Assembly: GCA_031409335.1 (NCBI GenBank)
Contig: JANNWY010000055.1
Span: forward strand, 1 to 35,105
Direction: 5' to 3'
Length of the DNA stretch: 35,105 nucleotides
DNA from: Chthoniobacteraceae bacterium
GTDB lineage: Bacteria; Verrucomicrobiota; Verrucomicrobiia; Chthoniobacterales; Chthoniobacteraceae
Under the pieces are notes generated by a model. The model was not told the DNA's origin. It searched no databases and saw only the letters and a program-made list of their open reading frames with translations. Both the position numbers and the translations under genes were made by a program. Shown piece after piece: positions 17,619 to 26,863 of this stretch (positions are counted from its first letter, which is position 1; every line of letters starts with the position of its first letter).

Positions 17619-20600
17619 CTACGGTGCGATCTCGATGCGGAGGTGGAAGAACAGGCGCGGCGTCCCGGCGGGGACGGTGACGATCGCGCGGCGGGTTTCA
17701 AATTCCGTGGTCGCGGAGACGAGCGTGTCGGGCTCGATTTGCCACGCGATGAAATTGGTCGTGCTTTCCACAAAGTAAGTCGTGCCGGGGCGGGTGAGCG
17801 GTTTCGTGAACGTGAAAATGTAATTCGTCGCGTCGCCCGCGCCAGGTTGCGTCGTGAGCGCGGGGAGCAGCGGCGGTTGTGGCTCGAAGGTGAGCGGGTT
17901 TCCGCCGAGGCCGTACTCGCGCGCATTGCTGGAGCTGTCGAAATCGGGATCGTCCGCATCGCCGCTGCCGGGTCCGCCTGCGGGAAAGTAGAACGCTTTC
18001 CACTGCGCGTACGAAGGTCCGGTGGTGCCGGGCGAGGGGATGTCGCCGAGCCAGTTTGCGGCGTCGATGCCGAAGGTCGCGGTGCCGCGGCGATTGAGCG
18101 AAAGGCCGCCGGTCGTCGCGGGCCACGCGCCGCCGCTGGCGTAGTCGGTCTGATCTTCGATGGTGAGCGGAGAGAAGCCCGGTTCGAGTGGCGGCGGAGT
18201 GCCCGCGCGATAGAGCGTCACGTTTCCGGGCACGCCGAGTTGATCGGGCGATTGCCACGGTCCGGCGAGCGGCACGCTGTTGGAAATGCTGAACGCGGCG
18301 CGAAACGCGGGCGCTTTCACCGGATCGCTTGGCACGAACGGTACGATGACGAGCAGCCCGCCGGCGGGGATCGACTCGGTGGTGAAATCGAAATCCACAT
18401 CGCCGCGCAGCCGCCACAGCGCGAGCGATTGCGCGCTGCCAGTCGGGTTGCGCAGCTCCACAAATTCGAGGTCCGTATTCGCGCCAGCGGGCGAGTGATG
18501 CACCTCGCTGATGATGAGCGGGCCGACGCGCGGCGCACTGTTCGGCGCGCCGAGTTTCGCCTTCGGCACCGCGCCGCTCGCCTCGTTGTAGCAGGTGCGC
18601 TGCGCCATCGGGTAAAGCGCGCCGGTGCCGTTCGGGCGGCGGCCCCACGATTCATTCAACCGCGCCGCGCCGACATCCACGTGATCCACAAATTTCAGCA
18701 GCTTCCCGCCCGCATCCGCCTGGAAAAGCCACGCCTCGTTGTCGTGATTTCCGTCGAAAGAAAACTCGCCCGCGCCCGGCACGCCGGGAGTCGGATTCCA
18801 CGCGCCGTTCGGATTGAAATCCGTCTCATTGAAAACGAGGTAACCGCCCACCGCGATCGTCGTCCCATTCGGGATGCGGAATTGTTTGTAATCATCGCCC
18901 GTTTCGACCGAGCGCCGGTTGCTGAGATACCACCCGCTGAGATCGACGCTCGCGCCCGTGTTGTTGATCAGCTCGATCGCATCGACGTACGGCAGCGCCG
19001 TGTTGTTGAGCACTTCATTGATCGTCACCGCGTTGTCCGGGCCCGCTCCGGCGATGCCCGGCGAGCCGTGGAATTCCGACGACGAGCGCCAGTTCACGCC
19101 GTTGTTGAAATCCACGTCCGCGAAAGTCACGCCGCTGTATTCCAGCGTCGAGCCTTTGCCATCCGCGCGGCCTGGCCACAGGCCGGCGTCGTTGTAGGTG
19201 AATGCCTGGATCAACGTGTTGTCGCGCGCGCGGAGTTCGATGAGTTCGCCGTTGTCGTCGAGCGAACCCTCGATCCATTCGCCGACGATTTTCGCGCTCT
19301 GTGCCGTGCCGTAACGCAGCTCAAATGCGGCGCGATTTTTCACCACCAGCGCGCGGTCGCCGGGGTTCAGCGTGAAAGGCGCGAGCTTCAATTCCTTGAA
19401 CGGTTTTGTTTCCGGCAAACGCACCTCGAAAAGATTCACGACACGCGCGCCGATGTTGCGGATTTCAACGAATTCAAAATCCGCCGATGTGATCCCCGGC
19501 AGCACCGTGCTCTCCGCCATTGTCGGCGCGAGCGGGTTGAAATTCATCTCGCTCACCGCGATGTCGCCGAGCGTCGCGAAGAATTCGTTCACGAGATAAA
19601 CGCGCGTCAGCGGGCCGCTCCAATTGATGCCGATCGCGCCCTGTCCGGCGAACACCGTGGTCGTCGTGGGAAGCTGCCGCCGCGCGGTGAGCACCGTCGT
19701 TTGCGTGATCGGGAGCGCGCCCCCGTAAGCCGTGCCGCTGCCCGGCGTGCCGCCGCCCTCCGGCCGCGGATCGGTGCCGTTCAGCGTGTAGCGGATCGTG
19801 CCGCCGCTGCCGCTGAGAGTTACATTCGTGCCCGCGCTCACGATGCCGGATGCGGTCGCCGTCGCCGGTGGCGCGGGCATCTGGCCGTTGATCCAATTCG
19901 CGCGCGTCGTCAGCCACGTTTTCATCGCGGTGATTTCATTCAAATACACACCGCCCGCCGCCGCGTTGTCCGGCCACTTCGCCGCATCGCGCGCGCCTGC
20001 CGCGTTCCCGATCTGCACGCCCTGCGCATCGGCGACCGCGTTCAGATTCGCCTGCGCGAGCGGCCCCGCGCGGAGCTGCTGCCAGCGATCCACCCACGCC
20101 TGCACGAAGTCGGGATCGCGGAAGACATGGCCCCACCAGCCGAGCGTGAAAAAATATTCGATGTTCACCCAACTGCTCGGATTCGCATCGCGCCCGTCGT
20201 CCGAGCCAAGCGCGCGATCGAAATCCCAAATCGGCCCCGCGTTGATCCGCTCGCCGCGATCCTTGAAAAAATACGCGCTCAGTCGCAGCGCATCCACGTT
20301 GTAAGCGATGCTGTTGAGGATGTGGTGATCCACCCACGCTGCCGTGTCCATGTAAGTGCGGTAGTTTCGCGTCGTGAAATTCGCGTTCCGCTCGTTGGTC
20401 AGCGTCGTGTCAAACGTCTGCGTGTAACCTTGGATGTAACTAATCTGCTGCGGCGTATCGACCTGCGGATCGGGCTCCACCAGCACCAGCCCCACGCCGC
20501 CAGTCGTCGTCCAGGTGACCTCGTCGGGATCGTTGCGATCGACCTTCATAATGTATCCGCCCGTGACCGCGTTGCCGCTATTGTCGCCCGGTTCGAGCGC

Positions 20601-22463
20601 CGCAATATCGACGCGGTTGTTGTTTGATTTGATCTTCTCCGTCGCCACGTACACGCCCGCGTAATCCGCGTAGTCGAGCTTGCCGCCATTCGTGTTCACG
20701 AACATTTCCACAAACCGCGTGCGCGATGCCCAGCGCCCGCATTGCCGGCTGATTTCATTGATGAACGAGTTGTGGATGAACGTGTCGTCAAACAGCCACG
20801 GCCCGTTCAGCACCCAATCGCTGTCCGACGCCATGCCGAGCAGTGGGATGTCGCGGTCGCCTTCCACCTCGTCGCGCGTTTCGAGCCCGTAGCTCTTTTT
20901 TGGAAAACCCGACGACGATGATCCGCGCACGCGGGTTCCCGCGCGGCTGAAAATCACCGGCGCGGCATTCATCGACGCCGTCCCGGCCACGGTGTCGAAA
21001 ACGTGAAACAGCGACTGCGTGTAAAGCCCGCTCGCGCCATCCACCGGCTCACCCGCGCCATGATCGTCCACGACGAGGATCGGCAGGTTCGAGGTGAAGT
21101 TCGACGTGTTGTTCACGCCGCCGGTTTCGAGCAGCAGATATTGCAAAGTGGTCGTGCGGCCTTTCTGCCCGTTCGCGGAATCGAAGACCGCCGCGCGGAT
21201 CAGCTTGCTCGTCGCGATCGGGATCGGCGCGGAGTAGAGCGTGGACGCCACGGTCGGGTCCGCGAGCATCGCGCCGCTGCCGCTCGGATCGGAAATCACG
21301 TAGCGGATTTCCTTTCCCGCCGTTGCCCCGCCGAGCGTGAGATTGAACAGCGCGGTGAACGTGCCCGGCGCGCGCGATGCCGTGACGGAGATCGGAAGCT
21401 GGATCGTATTCGGCCCGCCATTCGCCACGCCCGGCGTCCCGACGGAAAAATATCCCGTCACGCCCGGCCCGCCCGTGTCGATGCTCGCGATCAATTGCGG
21501 CCACATGAAAAGATCGGAGCTGGTCGTGTTCGCATTCAGCGCCTGGAGCGCGAGCACATTGTCGCCCGCGAGCAGCGAGCTGATTTTCGAGGAAATATCC
21601 GTCGTCTCAAACGCGCCCGGCGCATGGATCTGGCCCGCGGGCGAATTGAAAACGAGCGCGCCTTCCGCTGGCGCGCTCGGGGAATTCGCGACGAAATCCG
21701 CATTGATCCACGCATAAAATCCGTCGTCGTAATTCGCCTTCAGCGTCAGCTTCGTCACGAGTCCCGGATTCGCGATCGTGAAATGCGCGCGCGCATACGC
21801 ACTGCGCCCGCTGCCGATGATCGAAGGCACCAGCGCCTTCAAATCAATCCCGAGATCCGCCTGCAAATTTGGATTCGCCCCGGTGTTCATAAAGCCGACC
21901 GCAAACGTCCCCGGCAACCATGCCGAATCGTCGAACGTCCGCGCGCGCCACGTCGTCCCCAGCACATTGTCCGCGGGCACAAATGCGCGCGCCGCGGTCG
22001 GCTTGTCGATCAGCGTCACGTCGTTCGAGTTCGTCGAAGTGCCGTAGCTGATGTCCGCAAATTGCGCGGGATACACCGGCGTGAATTCCGTCGTCACGGT
22101 CGCCCCGTCCGGCTTCACCAGCGCGAGATATTCGCCTCCGGCGGAAAGGTTGAAATTCGCGTGCAGCGGCTGCCCCGCGACGCGCCGGTCTTTGCCCGAT
22201 GCCCACACGATCAGGTAGCTGTTTCCCGGCAGCGTCACGTTCGGAAATGTCCACTTCGATTTGTTCGTGATGAGGTCCGTAAGGAACCAGCCGTTCAGGC
22301 TCACCGGCGTCGCATCGGGATTGCGAATCTCAATCCAGTCCGCATTGCTCCCGTCTTCATCGACGATCGAGTTTTGATTGCTCGCGAGGAATTCCGAAAT
22401 GACCGGATCGGCCACGGCAGGGAGCACGGAAAGAAGGAAAACTGGGATGAAATGACGGAGCAT
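17619..22463 (-). CDS. Large secreted lamin-tail-domain / CotH kinase-family protein
   Basis: Signal peptide from ATG 22463. Lamin-tail repeats (VISEFLASN..DWIEIRN, VSEMNFNP..EFVEIRN, INEVL..DAIELIN, ISEVHH..EFVELRN), CotH core (RVRGSSSSGFPKKSY, SDWVLNGP, YAGVYVATEKIK, NVDALRLSAYFFK, AGPIWDFDRALG) and IRYTLNGTDP FN3-like modules. Confidence 0.9.
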   Translation of the reverse strand: MLRHFIPVFLLSVLPAVADPVISEFLASNQNSIVDEDGSNADWIEIRNPDATPVSLNGWFLTDLITNKSKWTFPNVTLPGNSYLIVWASGKDRRVAGQPLHANFNLSAGGEYLALVKPDGATVTTEFTPVYPAQFADISYGTSTNSNDVTLIDKPTAARAFVPADNVLGTTWRARTFDDSAWLPGTFAVGFMNTGANPNLQADLGIDLKALVPSIIGSGRSAYARAHFTIANPGLVTKLTLKANYDDGFYAWINADFVANSPSAPAEGALVFNSPAGQIHAPGAFETTDISSKISSLLAGDNVLALQALNANTTSSDLFMWPQLIASIDTGGPGVTGYFSVGTPGVANGGPNTIQLPISVTASRAPGTFTALFNLTLGGATAGKEIRYVISDPSGSGAMLADPTVASTLYSAPIPIATSKLIRAAVFDSANGQKGRTTTLQYLLLETGGVNNTSNFTSNLPILVVDDHGAGEPVDGASGLYTQSLFHVFDTVAGTASMNAAPVIFSRAGTRVRGSSSSGFPKKSYGLETRDEVEGDRDIPLLGMASDSDWVLNGPWLFDDTFIHNSFINEISRQCGRWASRTRFVEMFVNTNGGKLDYADYAGVYVATEKIKSNNNRVDIAALEPGDNSGNAVTGGYIMKVDRNDPDEVTWTTTGGVGLVLVEPDPQVDTPQQISYIQGYTQTFDTTLTNERNANFTTRNYRTYMDTAAWVDHHILNSIAYNVDALRLSAYFFKDRGERINAGPIWDFDRALGSDDGRDANPSSWVNIEYFFTLGWWGHVFRDPDFVQAWVDRWQQLRAGPLAQANLNAVADAQGVQIGNAAGARDAAKWPDNAAAGGVYLNEITAMKTWLTTRANWINGQMPAPPATATASGIVSAGTNVTLSGSGGTIRYTLNGTDPRPEGGGTPGSGTAYGGALPITQTTVLTARRQLPTTTTVFAGQGAIGINWSGPLTRVYLVNEFFATLGDIAVSEMNFNPLAPTMAESTVLPGITSADFEFVEIRNIGARVVNLFEVRLPETKPFKELKLAPFTLNPGDRALVVKNRAAFELRYGTAQSAKIVGEWIEGSLDDNGELIELRARDNTLIQAFTYNDAGLWPGRADGKGSTLEYSGVTFADVDFNNGVNWRSSSEFHGSPGIAGAGPDNAVTINEVLNNTALPYVDAIELINNTGASVDLSGWYLSNRRSVETGDDYKQFRIPNGTTIAVGGYLVFNETDFNPNGAWNPTPGVPGAGEFSFDGNHDNEAWLFQADAGGKLLKFVDHVDVGAARLNESWGRRPNGTGALYPMAQRTCYNEASGAVPKAKLGAPNSAPRVGPLIISEVHHSPAGANTDLEFVELRNPTGSAQSLALWRLRGDVDFDFTTESIPAGGLLVIVPFVPSDPVKAPAFRAAFSISNSVPLAGPWQSPDQLGVPGNVTLYRAGTPPPLEPGFSPLTIEDQTDYASGGAWPATTGGLSLNRRGTATFGIDAANWLGDIPSPGTTGPSYAQWKAFYFPAGGPGSGDADDPDFDSSSNAREYGLGGNPLTFEPQPPLLPALTTQPGAGDATNYIFTFTKPLTRPGTTYFVESTTNFIAWQIEPDTLVSATTEFETRRAIVTVPAGTPRLFFHLRIEIAP

Positions 22464-22582
22464 AAAAGGGGGGAAGTGCAATAGCGCCGGAACTATGCCG
22501 AGCAAGTCCACACGCGCCACGAGATTGTTACTTGCGCGTTTCTATTCGCATCGCCGCTGCCCATTCTGAATCCTGAAATCCA

Positions 22583-24919
22583 ATGACGAAGCTTCCGCGT
22601 TTTTCCCTCCTGCTGCTCATCGGCGTCGCCGGTTGCCGCCGCGCCGCGGACGTTCCGCCGGCGTGGTTCGCCGATGTCACCGCCGCGCAGGGCGTGAATT
22701 TCATCCACGATTCCGGCTCGCGCGGACGTTATTTCATGCCAGAGCAAATGGGCTCGGGCGTCGCGGTGTTCGATGCCGATGGCGACGGGCGGCAGGACTT
22801 TTATTTTGTGCAAAATGGCGGCGCATCCTCCGCGTCGAAAAACCAGCTCTGGCTGCAAAAAACCACCGGCGGTTTCCGCGACGCGAGCGCGGGCTCGGGG
22901 CTGGATGTGGTGGGCTTTGGCATGGGTGCGATCGCGGGCGATGCAAACAACGACGGACGTGCCGACCTGATCGTGACGGCGTACGATGGCGCGCGTTTCT
23001 TTTTGAATCTCGGCGGTGGAAAATTCCGCGACATCACGCGCGAGTGCGGCATCGACGCGCCGCGCTGGGCGACTGCCGCGTCGTTCGTGGATTACGATCG
23101 CGATGGCTGGCTTGATGTCGTGATCGGGAACTACGTGGATCTGCCGCCTTCCGAGCAATGCCTCGACACGGCGGGCGCGCCGGAATTCTGCGGGCCGATC
23201 GATTTTCCCGGAACGGCGGCGCGGCTTTTCCGAAACCTCGGTCGTCGCGAAGGCCCGCCCGCATTTGAAGACACGACCGTGCGCTCCGGCATCGTCCACG
23301 CGCTCGGGCCCGCGCTCGGCGTGCTGTGCGCGGATTTCGATGGCGACCGCTGGCCGGATGTTTTCTTCGGCGACGATGGCGCGCCGAACCGCCTTTTCAT
23401 CAATCAACGCGACGGCACTTTCCGCGAGGAAGCCGCCGCGCGCGGGCTCGCGCTCGATGCCAATGGCGCGACCGCCGCGAACATGGGCGTGGCCGCGGGT
23501 GATGTGAATGGCGACGGGATGTTCGATGTCTTCATCACCCATCTCGATCGCGAACAGCACGGACTTTGGATGCAGGGACCGCGCGGCATGTTCACCGAAA
23601 AAGCCGCGACCTCCGGCCTCGCGGGCGCGGCGTGGCGCGGCACGGGATTTGGCGCGGTGCTCGCGGATTTCGATCACGATGGCGAGACGGATCTCGCGCT
23701 GGGGAATGGCGCGATCGAGCGCCAGACGCAGCCTGTAAAAGCCGCGTCGGGACTCGCGAAATTCTGGCTGCCGTACGCGCAGCGGTCGCAGTTGTTCGCG
23801 GGTGAAAATGGCGCGCGCCTCCGCGATGTGTCGCCGGGAAATGCCGCATTTTGCGAGCCGGGCGAAGTCGGGCGCGGACTGGCCGCGGTGGATTTCGACG
23901 ACGACGGCGCGCTCGACCTCGTGAAGACTTCTGCTGGCAGCGCCGCGCGGCTTTTTCGCAATGTCGCTCCAAAACGCGGCCACTGGCTGACGGTGCGCGC
24001 GATCGAGCCCGCGCTCGGCGGACGCGATGCGATCGGCGCGGAGATCGTCGTCGAGACTGCCGGGAAACGCTGGCACCGGCTCGCGCAATCCAGCCAGAGT
24101 TACCTCGGCAGTCACGAAGCGCGCGCGCATTTCGGGCTCGGCGAAGCGACGGCGGTGGCGGCGATCCGTGTCGTGTGGGCGGATGGCGTCGAGGAGCGTT
24201 TCGACGGCAGCGCGGCAGATCGGCACGTCGTTTTGAAAAAGGGCGAAGGCCGCGAACGCGCATCGCTCACCGATTTGCCAGCGCTCGCGAAATTGCCGCC
24301 ACGCACCGCCGCGCCCGCGCCGAAACCATCCGCGCATCGCGCGCCGTCGGTCGCGCCGGGCAGTCGCCAATGGCTCGCGGATCGCGCGACCGAACTTCTC
24401 GCGCAACGCGAACTCGCCGCCGCGTCCGAAGTGATCGAACGACTGCTGCGCGAGCACCCCGCGCATCCGCAATCGTGGCTGCTCGGTGGGCGGCTGCAAT
24501 TGCTCGGCGGCGACGCGGCCGGTGCCGAGCGTGCGTTCCAGCGCCACGTCGAACTCGCGCCGGAATCCGAGCAGGGCCATTTCCAAATCGGCCTCGCGCG
24601 GCTCGCCCTGGGCCGCATCGCCGAGGCGGAAAGCGCGTTCCAGCGCGCCTCGGAAATCAAGCCCGGCTACACCGCGGCGCATTTCAATCGCGCCATCGCG
24701 CTGATCCGCATCGAGCGCCCGCGCGAAGCCGCCGCCACGTTCCGCGAAGTGATCCGCTACAATCCCGAACACCTCGAAGCGTACGTGCGCCTCGCCGCGC
24801 TCCAGCTCGATCTCGGCGAACCCGCGCCCGCGCTGCGGCTGCTGCGCGAAGCATCCTGGCTCGCGCCAAACGACCCGCGCGTCAGCGAACTGATGTCGCG
24901 CGCGGCATCGCGGCAGTAG
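22583..24919 (+). CDS. FG-GAP / ASPIC-UnbV lipoprotein with C-terminal TPRs
   Basis: Lipobox VAGC, repeated DxDGDG loops, SYLGSHEARAHFGLG...VVWADG, a Pro/Ala linker and then about 5 TPRs. Confidence 0.9.
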   Translation: MTKLPRFSLLLLIGVAGCRRAADVPPAWFADVTAAQGVNFIHDSGSRGRYFMPEQMGSGVAVFDADGDGRQDFYFVQNGGASSASKNQLWLQKTTGGFRDASAGSGLDVVGFGMGAIAGDANNDGRADLIVTAYDGARFFLNLGGGKFRDITRECGIDAPRWATAASFVDYDRDGWLDVVIGNYVDLPPSEQCLDTAGAPEFCGPIDFPGTAARLFRNLGRREGPPAFEDTTVRSGIVHALGPALGVLCADFDGDRWPDVFFGDDGAPNRLFINQRDGTFREEAAARGLALDANGATAANMGVAAGDVNGDGMFDVFITHLDREQHGLWMQGPRGMFTEKAATSGLAGAAWRGTGFGAVLADFDHDGETDLALGNGAIERQTQPVKAASGLAKFWLPYAQRSQLFAGENGARLRDVSPGNAAFCEPGEVGRGLAAVDFDDDGALDLVKTSAGSAARLFRNVAPKRGHWLTVRAIEPALGGRDAIGAEIVVETAGKRWHRLAQSSQSYLGSHEARAHFGLGEATAVAAIRVVWADGVEERFDGSAADRHVVLKKGEGRERASLTDLPALAKLPPRTAAPAPKPSAHRAPSVAPGSRQWLADRATELLAQRELAAASEVIERLLREHPAHPQSWLLGGRLQLLGGDAAGAERAFQRHVELAPESEQGHFQIGLARLALGRIAEAESAFQRASEIKPGYTAAHFNRAIALIRIERPREAAATFREVIRYNPEHLEAYVRLAALQLDLGEPAPALRLLREASWLAPNDPRVSELMSRAASRQ

Positions 24920-25003
24920 TCCGTGCTTGTAGAAAAAATCTGTCGTGGAAAAAATCTTCCCATCGCGAGGGCGCGCGACTAGGAATCTGCGAGTCCTCGT
25001 TGC

Positions 25004-26863
25004 ATGATGATCGCCTCACGCCTCCTGACTTTCGCTGCCTGCGGCCTCGCGGGATTTTTTGGGATGAATGCGATCGGCCCGCGCGGAGCCGTGCGGCGGG
25101 AAATTTCGCAGGCCGCGGCCCAGTCGGCTCCAGTTGGGGAAATGCCGATGCCTGCCGTCGAGGACAGCGCGCTCGTCGCGGAGTGGGAGAAGATGCGTTC
25201 TCAATATGGCCGCGAGCCGGGCGATCTGCCGACCCTTTATCTGGCGGTGAAGGACACGAAGGATGCGTTTCGCCGCCGTGCGTTTCGCGCCGCGTTGCTG
25301 GCCGATTGGGCGATTACCGATCCGCGCGCGGCGCTCGCGTTTCTTCGGGAAAAGGATTCCGGGAACGTCAATCAGTTTCTCCGCGAATGGCTGCGGCTCG
25401 ATCCGCAGAATGCGATCGCGGCTTTGCTGGCGGATGAAAAAGGGAAGGGGAATCTCCGCAGTCTGCTCAGCGACATCGCGAAAGTCGCGCCTGCGCGGCT
25501 CGCGGAAATCGCCGGCGCGCTGCAAAAATCCGAGAGCCGCTTTGACTCCACGGCGCGGGACGCGTTTGCCATTTTCGCGCAGAGCGATCCGGACGCGGCG
25601 CGCCTGGCCGCGGAGTCGGTGCAGGGCGTATTGCGCGGCCAGGTCTTGGCCGGAGTGGCCGGTGTGTGGGCGGAGAAGGACGGGCCAGCCGCACTCGCGT
25701 GGGCACAGTCGCTGACCGCGGGCGAGGCGCGCGACGAAGCGCTGAAAGGCGTGCTCACTGGCTGGGCGAAGACCGATCCCGCCGCGGCGCTCCAGCGCAT
25801 CGACCTCGTGCCGCCGGGAGGCGAGGAAAATTACTACGCCTCGGATGTCGGCGCGCAGGTCTTGCGCGAAGCAGCGAAGCGCGACTGGGACGGGACGATG
25901 CAATGGCTGCGCGATCATCCCGGAAAACTCGGACGATCGAGCCTCAATGGTCTTCAGGATGTGATGTCGAAACGACTGAACTCGAATCCGGCGGAGACGA
26001 TGCGATCGTTGTCGAAGAGCGGTCTTCCCGGTCTCGACAATGTCCTCGCGAACGCGCTGCTCAACGACGGCTACGCTCAGCGCGATGCGATCTGGCAATG
26101 GCTCGACGGGCAACCACCGTCCGCCTTCACCACATCCGCGCGCGGCTGGGTGTTGAATGCCGTCGCGTGGAAGGAGCCTGAAACGGCGATGGAATGGATC
26201 GAGAAAATTCCCGACACGCCGGAAAACCAGAGCATCATCGAGCGCGGCACGATGAGTCTTTTGAATGGCGGCAGTCAGATGGATCGCTTCGAGAGCTTTT
26301 TTGCGAAGGCTTCACCGAAGATGCGCAGTTCGCTGATCGAGGCGGCGTTCCGGTTTGGCGGTCAGGGAATGAGCCGCGATCCTGCATTGTGGATCGGTCG
26401 TGTAAACGAACTCCCGCCGGAGCGGCGCAGCCAGGCCATCAGTGGACTGGCGAGCTCGTGGGCGGCGGAAGATCCCGCGGCGGCGATCGCGTGGGTGGAG
26501 GCGCTGCCATCGGAAAAGGAGCGCAGCGGCGCGTTCAGCTCGGCGATGAGTGGCTGGGCGCAAAACGATCCGGTGGCTGCCGCGCAATGGCTCAACACGC
26601 AGCCGAACGGCATGAACCGCGACATCGGCACGAGCGGTCTCGTCTCCGCGCTCATCAATTCCTCGCCGGAAGACGCGTGGACATGGGCGCAAAGCATCCG
26701 CGATCCGAGCCGCCGCCTCAGCGCGCTGCAACTCGCGCAGATGGGCTTGCGGAGTAAGGATCCCGCCATCGCGAAACAGATGCTGGAAAGTGCGCGCCTC
26801 ACGCCGACGGAAGTGCAGGCATTGACGCAAACACCGGACGCGCAGTCGTTCATTCGGCAATGA
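25004..26863 (+). CDS. Membrane-anchored alpha-helical repeat hypothetical protein
   Basis: N-terminal hydrophobic segment and recurring W-A-x-x-D-P-x-A-A-x-x-W units (WAEKDGPAALAW, WAAEDPAAAIAW, WAQNDPVAAAQW). Confidence 0.85.
   Translation: MMIASRLLTFAACGLAGFFGMNAIGPRGAVRREISQAAAQSAPVGEMPMPAVEDSALVAEWEKMRSQYGREPGDLPTLYLAVKDTKDAFRRRAFRAALLADWAITDPRAALAFLREKDSGNVNQFLREWLRLDPQNAIAALLADEKGKGNLRSLLSDIAKVAPARLAEIAGALQKSESRFDSTARDAFAIFAQSDPDAARLAAESVQGVLRGQVLAGVAGVWAEKDGPAALAWAQSLTAGEARDEALKGVLTGWAKTDPAAALQRIDLVPPGGEENYYASDVGAQVLREAAKRDWDGTMQWLRDHPGKLGRSSLNGLQDVMSKRLNSNPAETMRSLSKSGLPGLDNVLANALLNDGYAQRDAIWQWLDGQPPSAFTTSARGWVLNAVAWKEPETAMEWIEKIPDTPENQSIIERGTMSLLNGGSQMDRFESFFAKASPKMRSSLIEAAFRFGGQGMSRDPALWIGRVNELPPERRSQAISGLASSWAAEDPAAAIAWVEALPSEKERSGAFSSAMSGWAQNDPVAAAQWLNTQPNGMNRDIGTSGLVSALINSSPEDAWTWAQSIRDPSRRLSALQLAQMGLRSKDPAIAKQMLESARLTPTEVQALTQTPDAQSFIRQ

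Noticed and set aside
16452..17959. Extended starts for the RND permease (16733) and adaptor (17959)
   Set aside because: The extensions overlap neighbouring real genes. Family-typical N-termini begin at 16451 and 17566.
17289..20627. 1112-aa plus-strand ORF
   Set aside because: Antisense shadow of the CotH/LTD and adaptor genes. It is Arg/Ala-rich with no motifs, as is typical of high-GC DNA.
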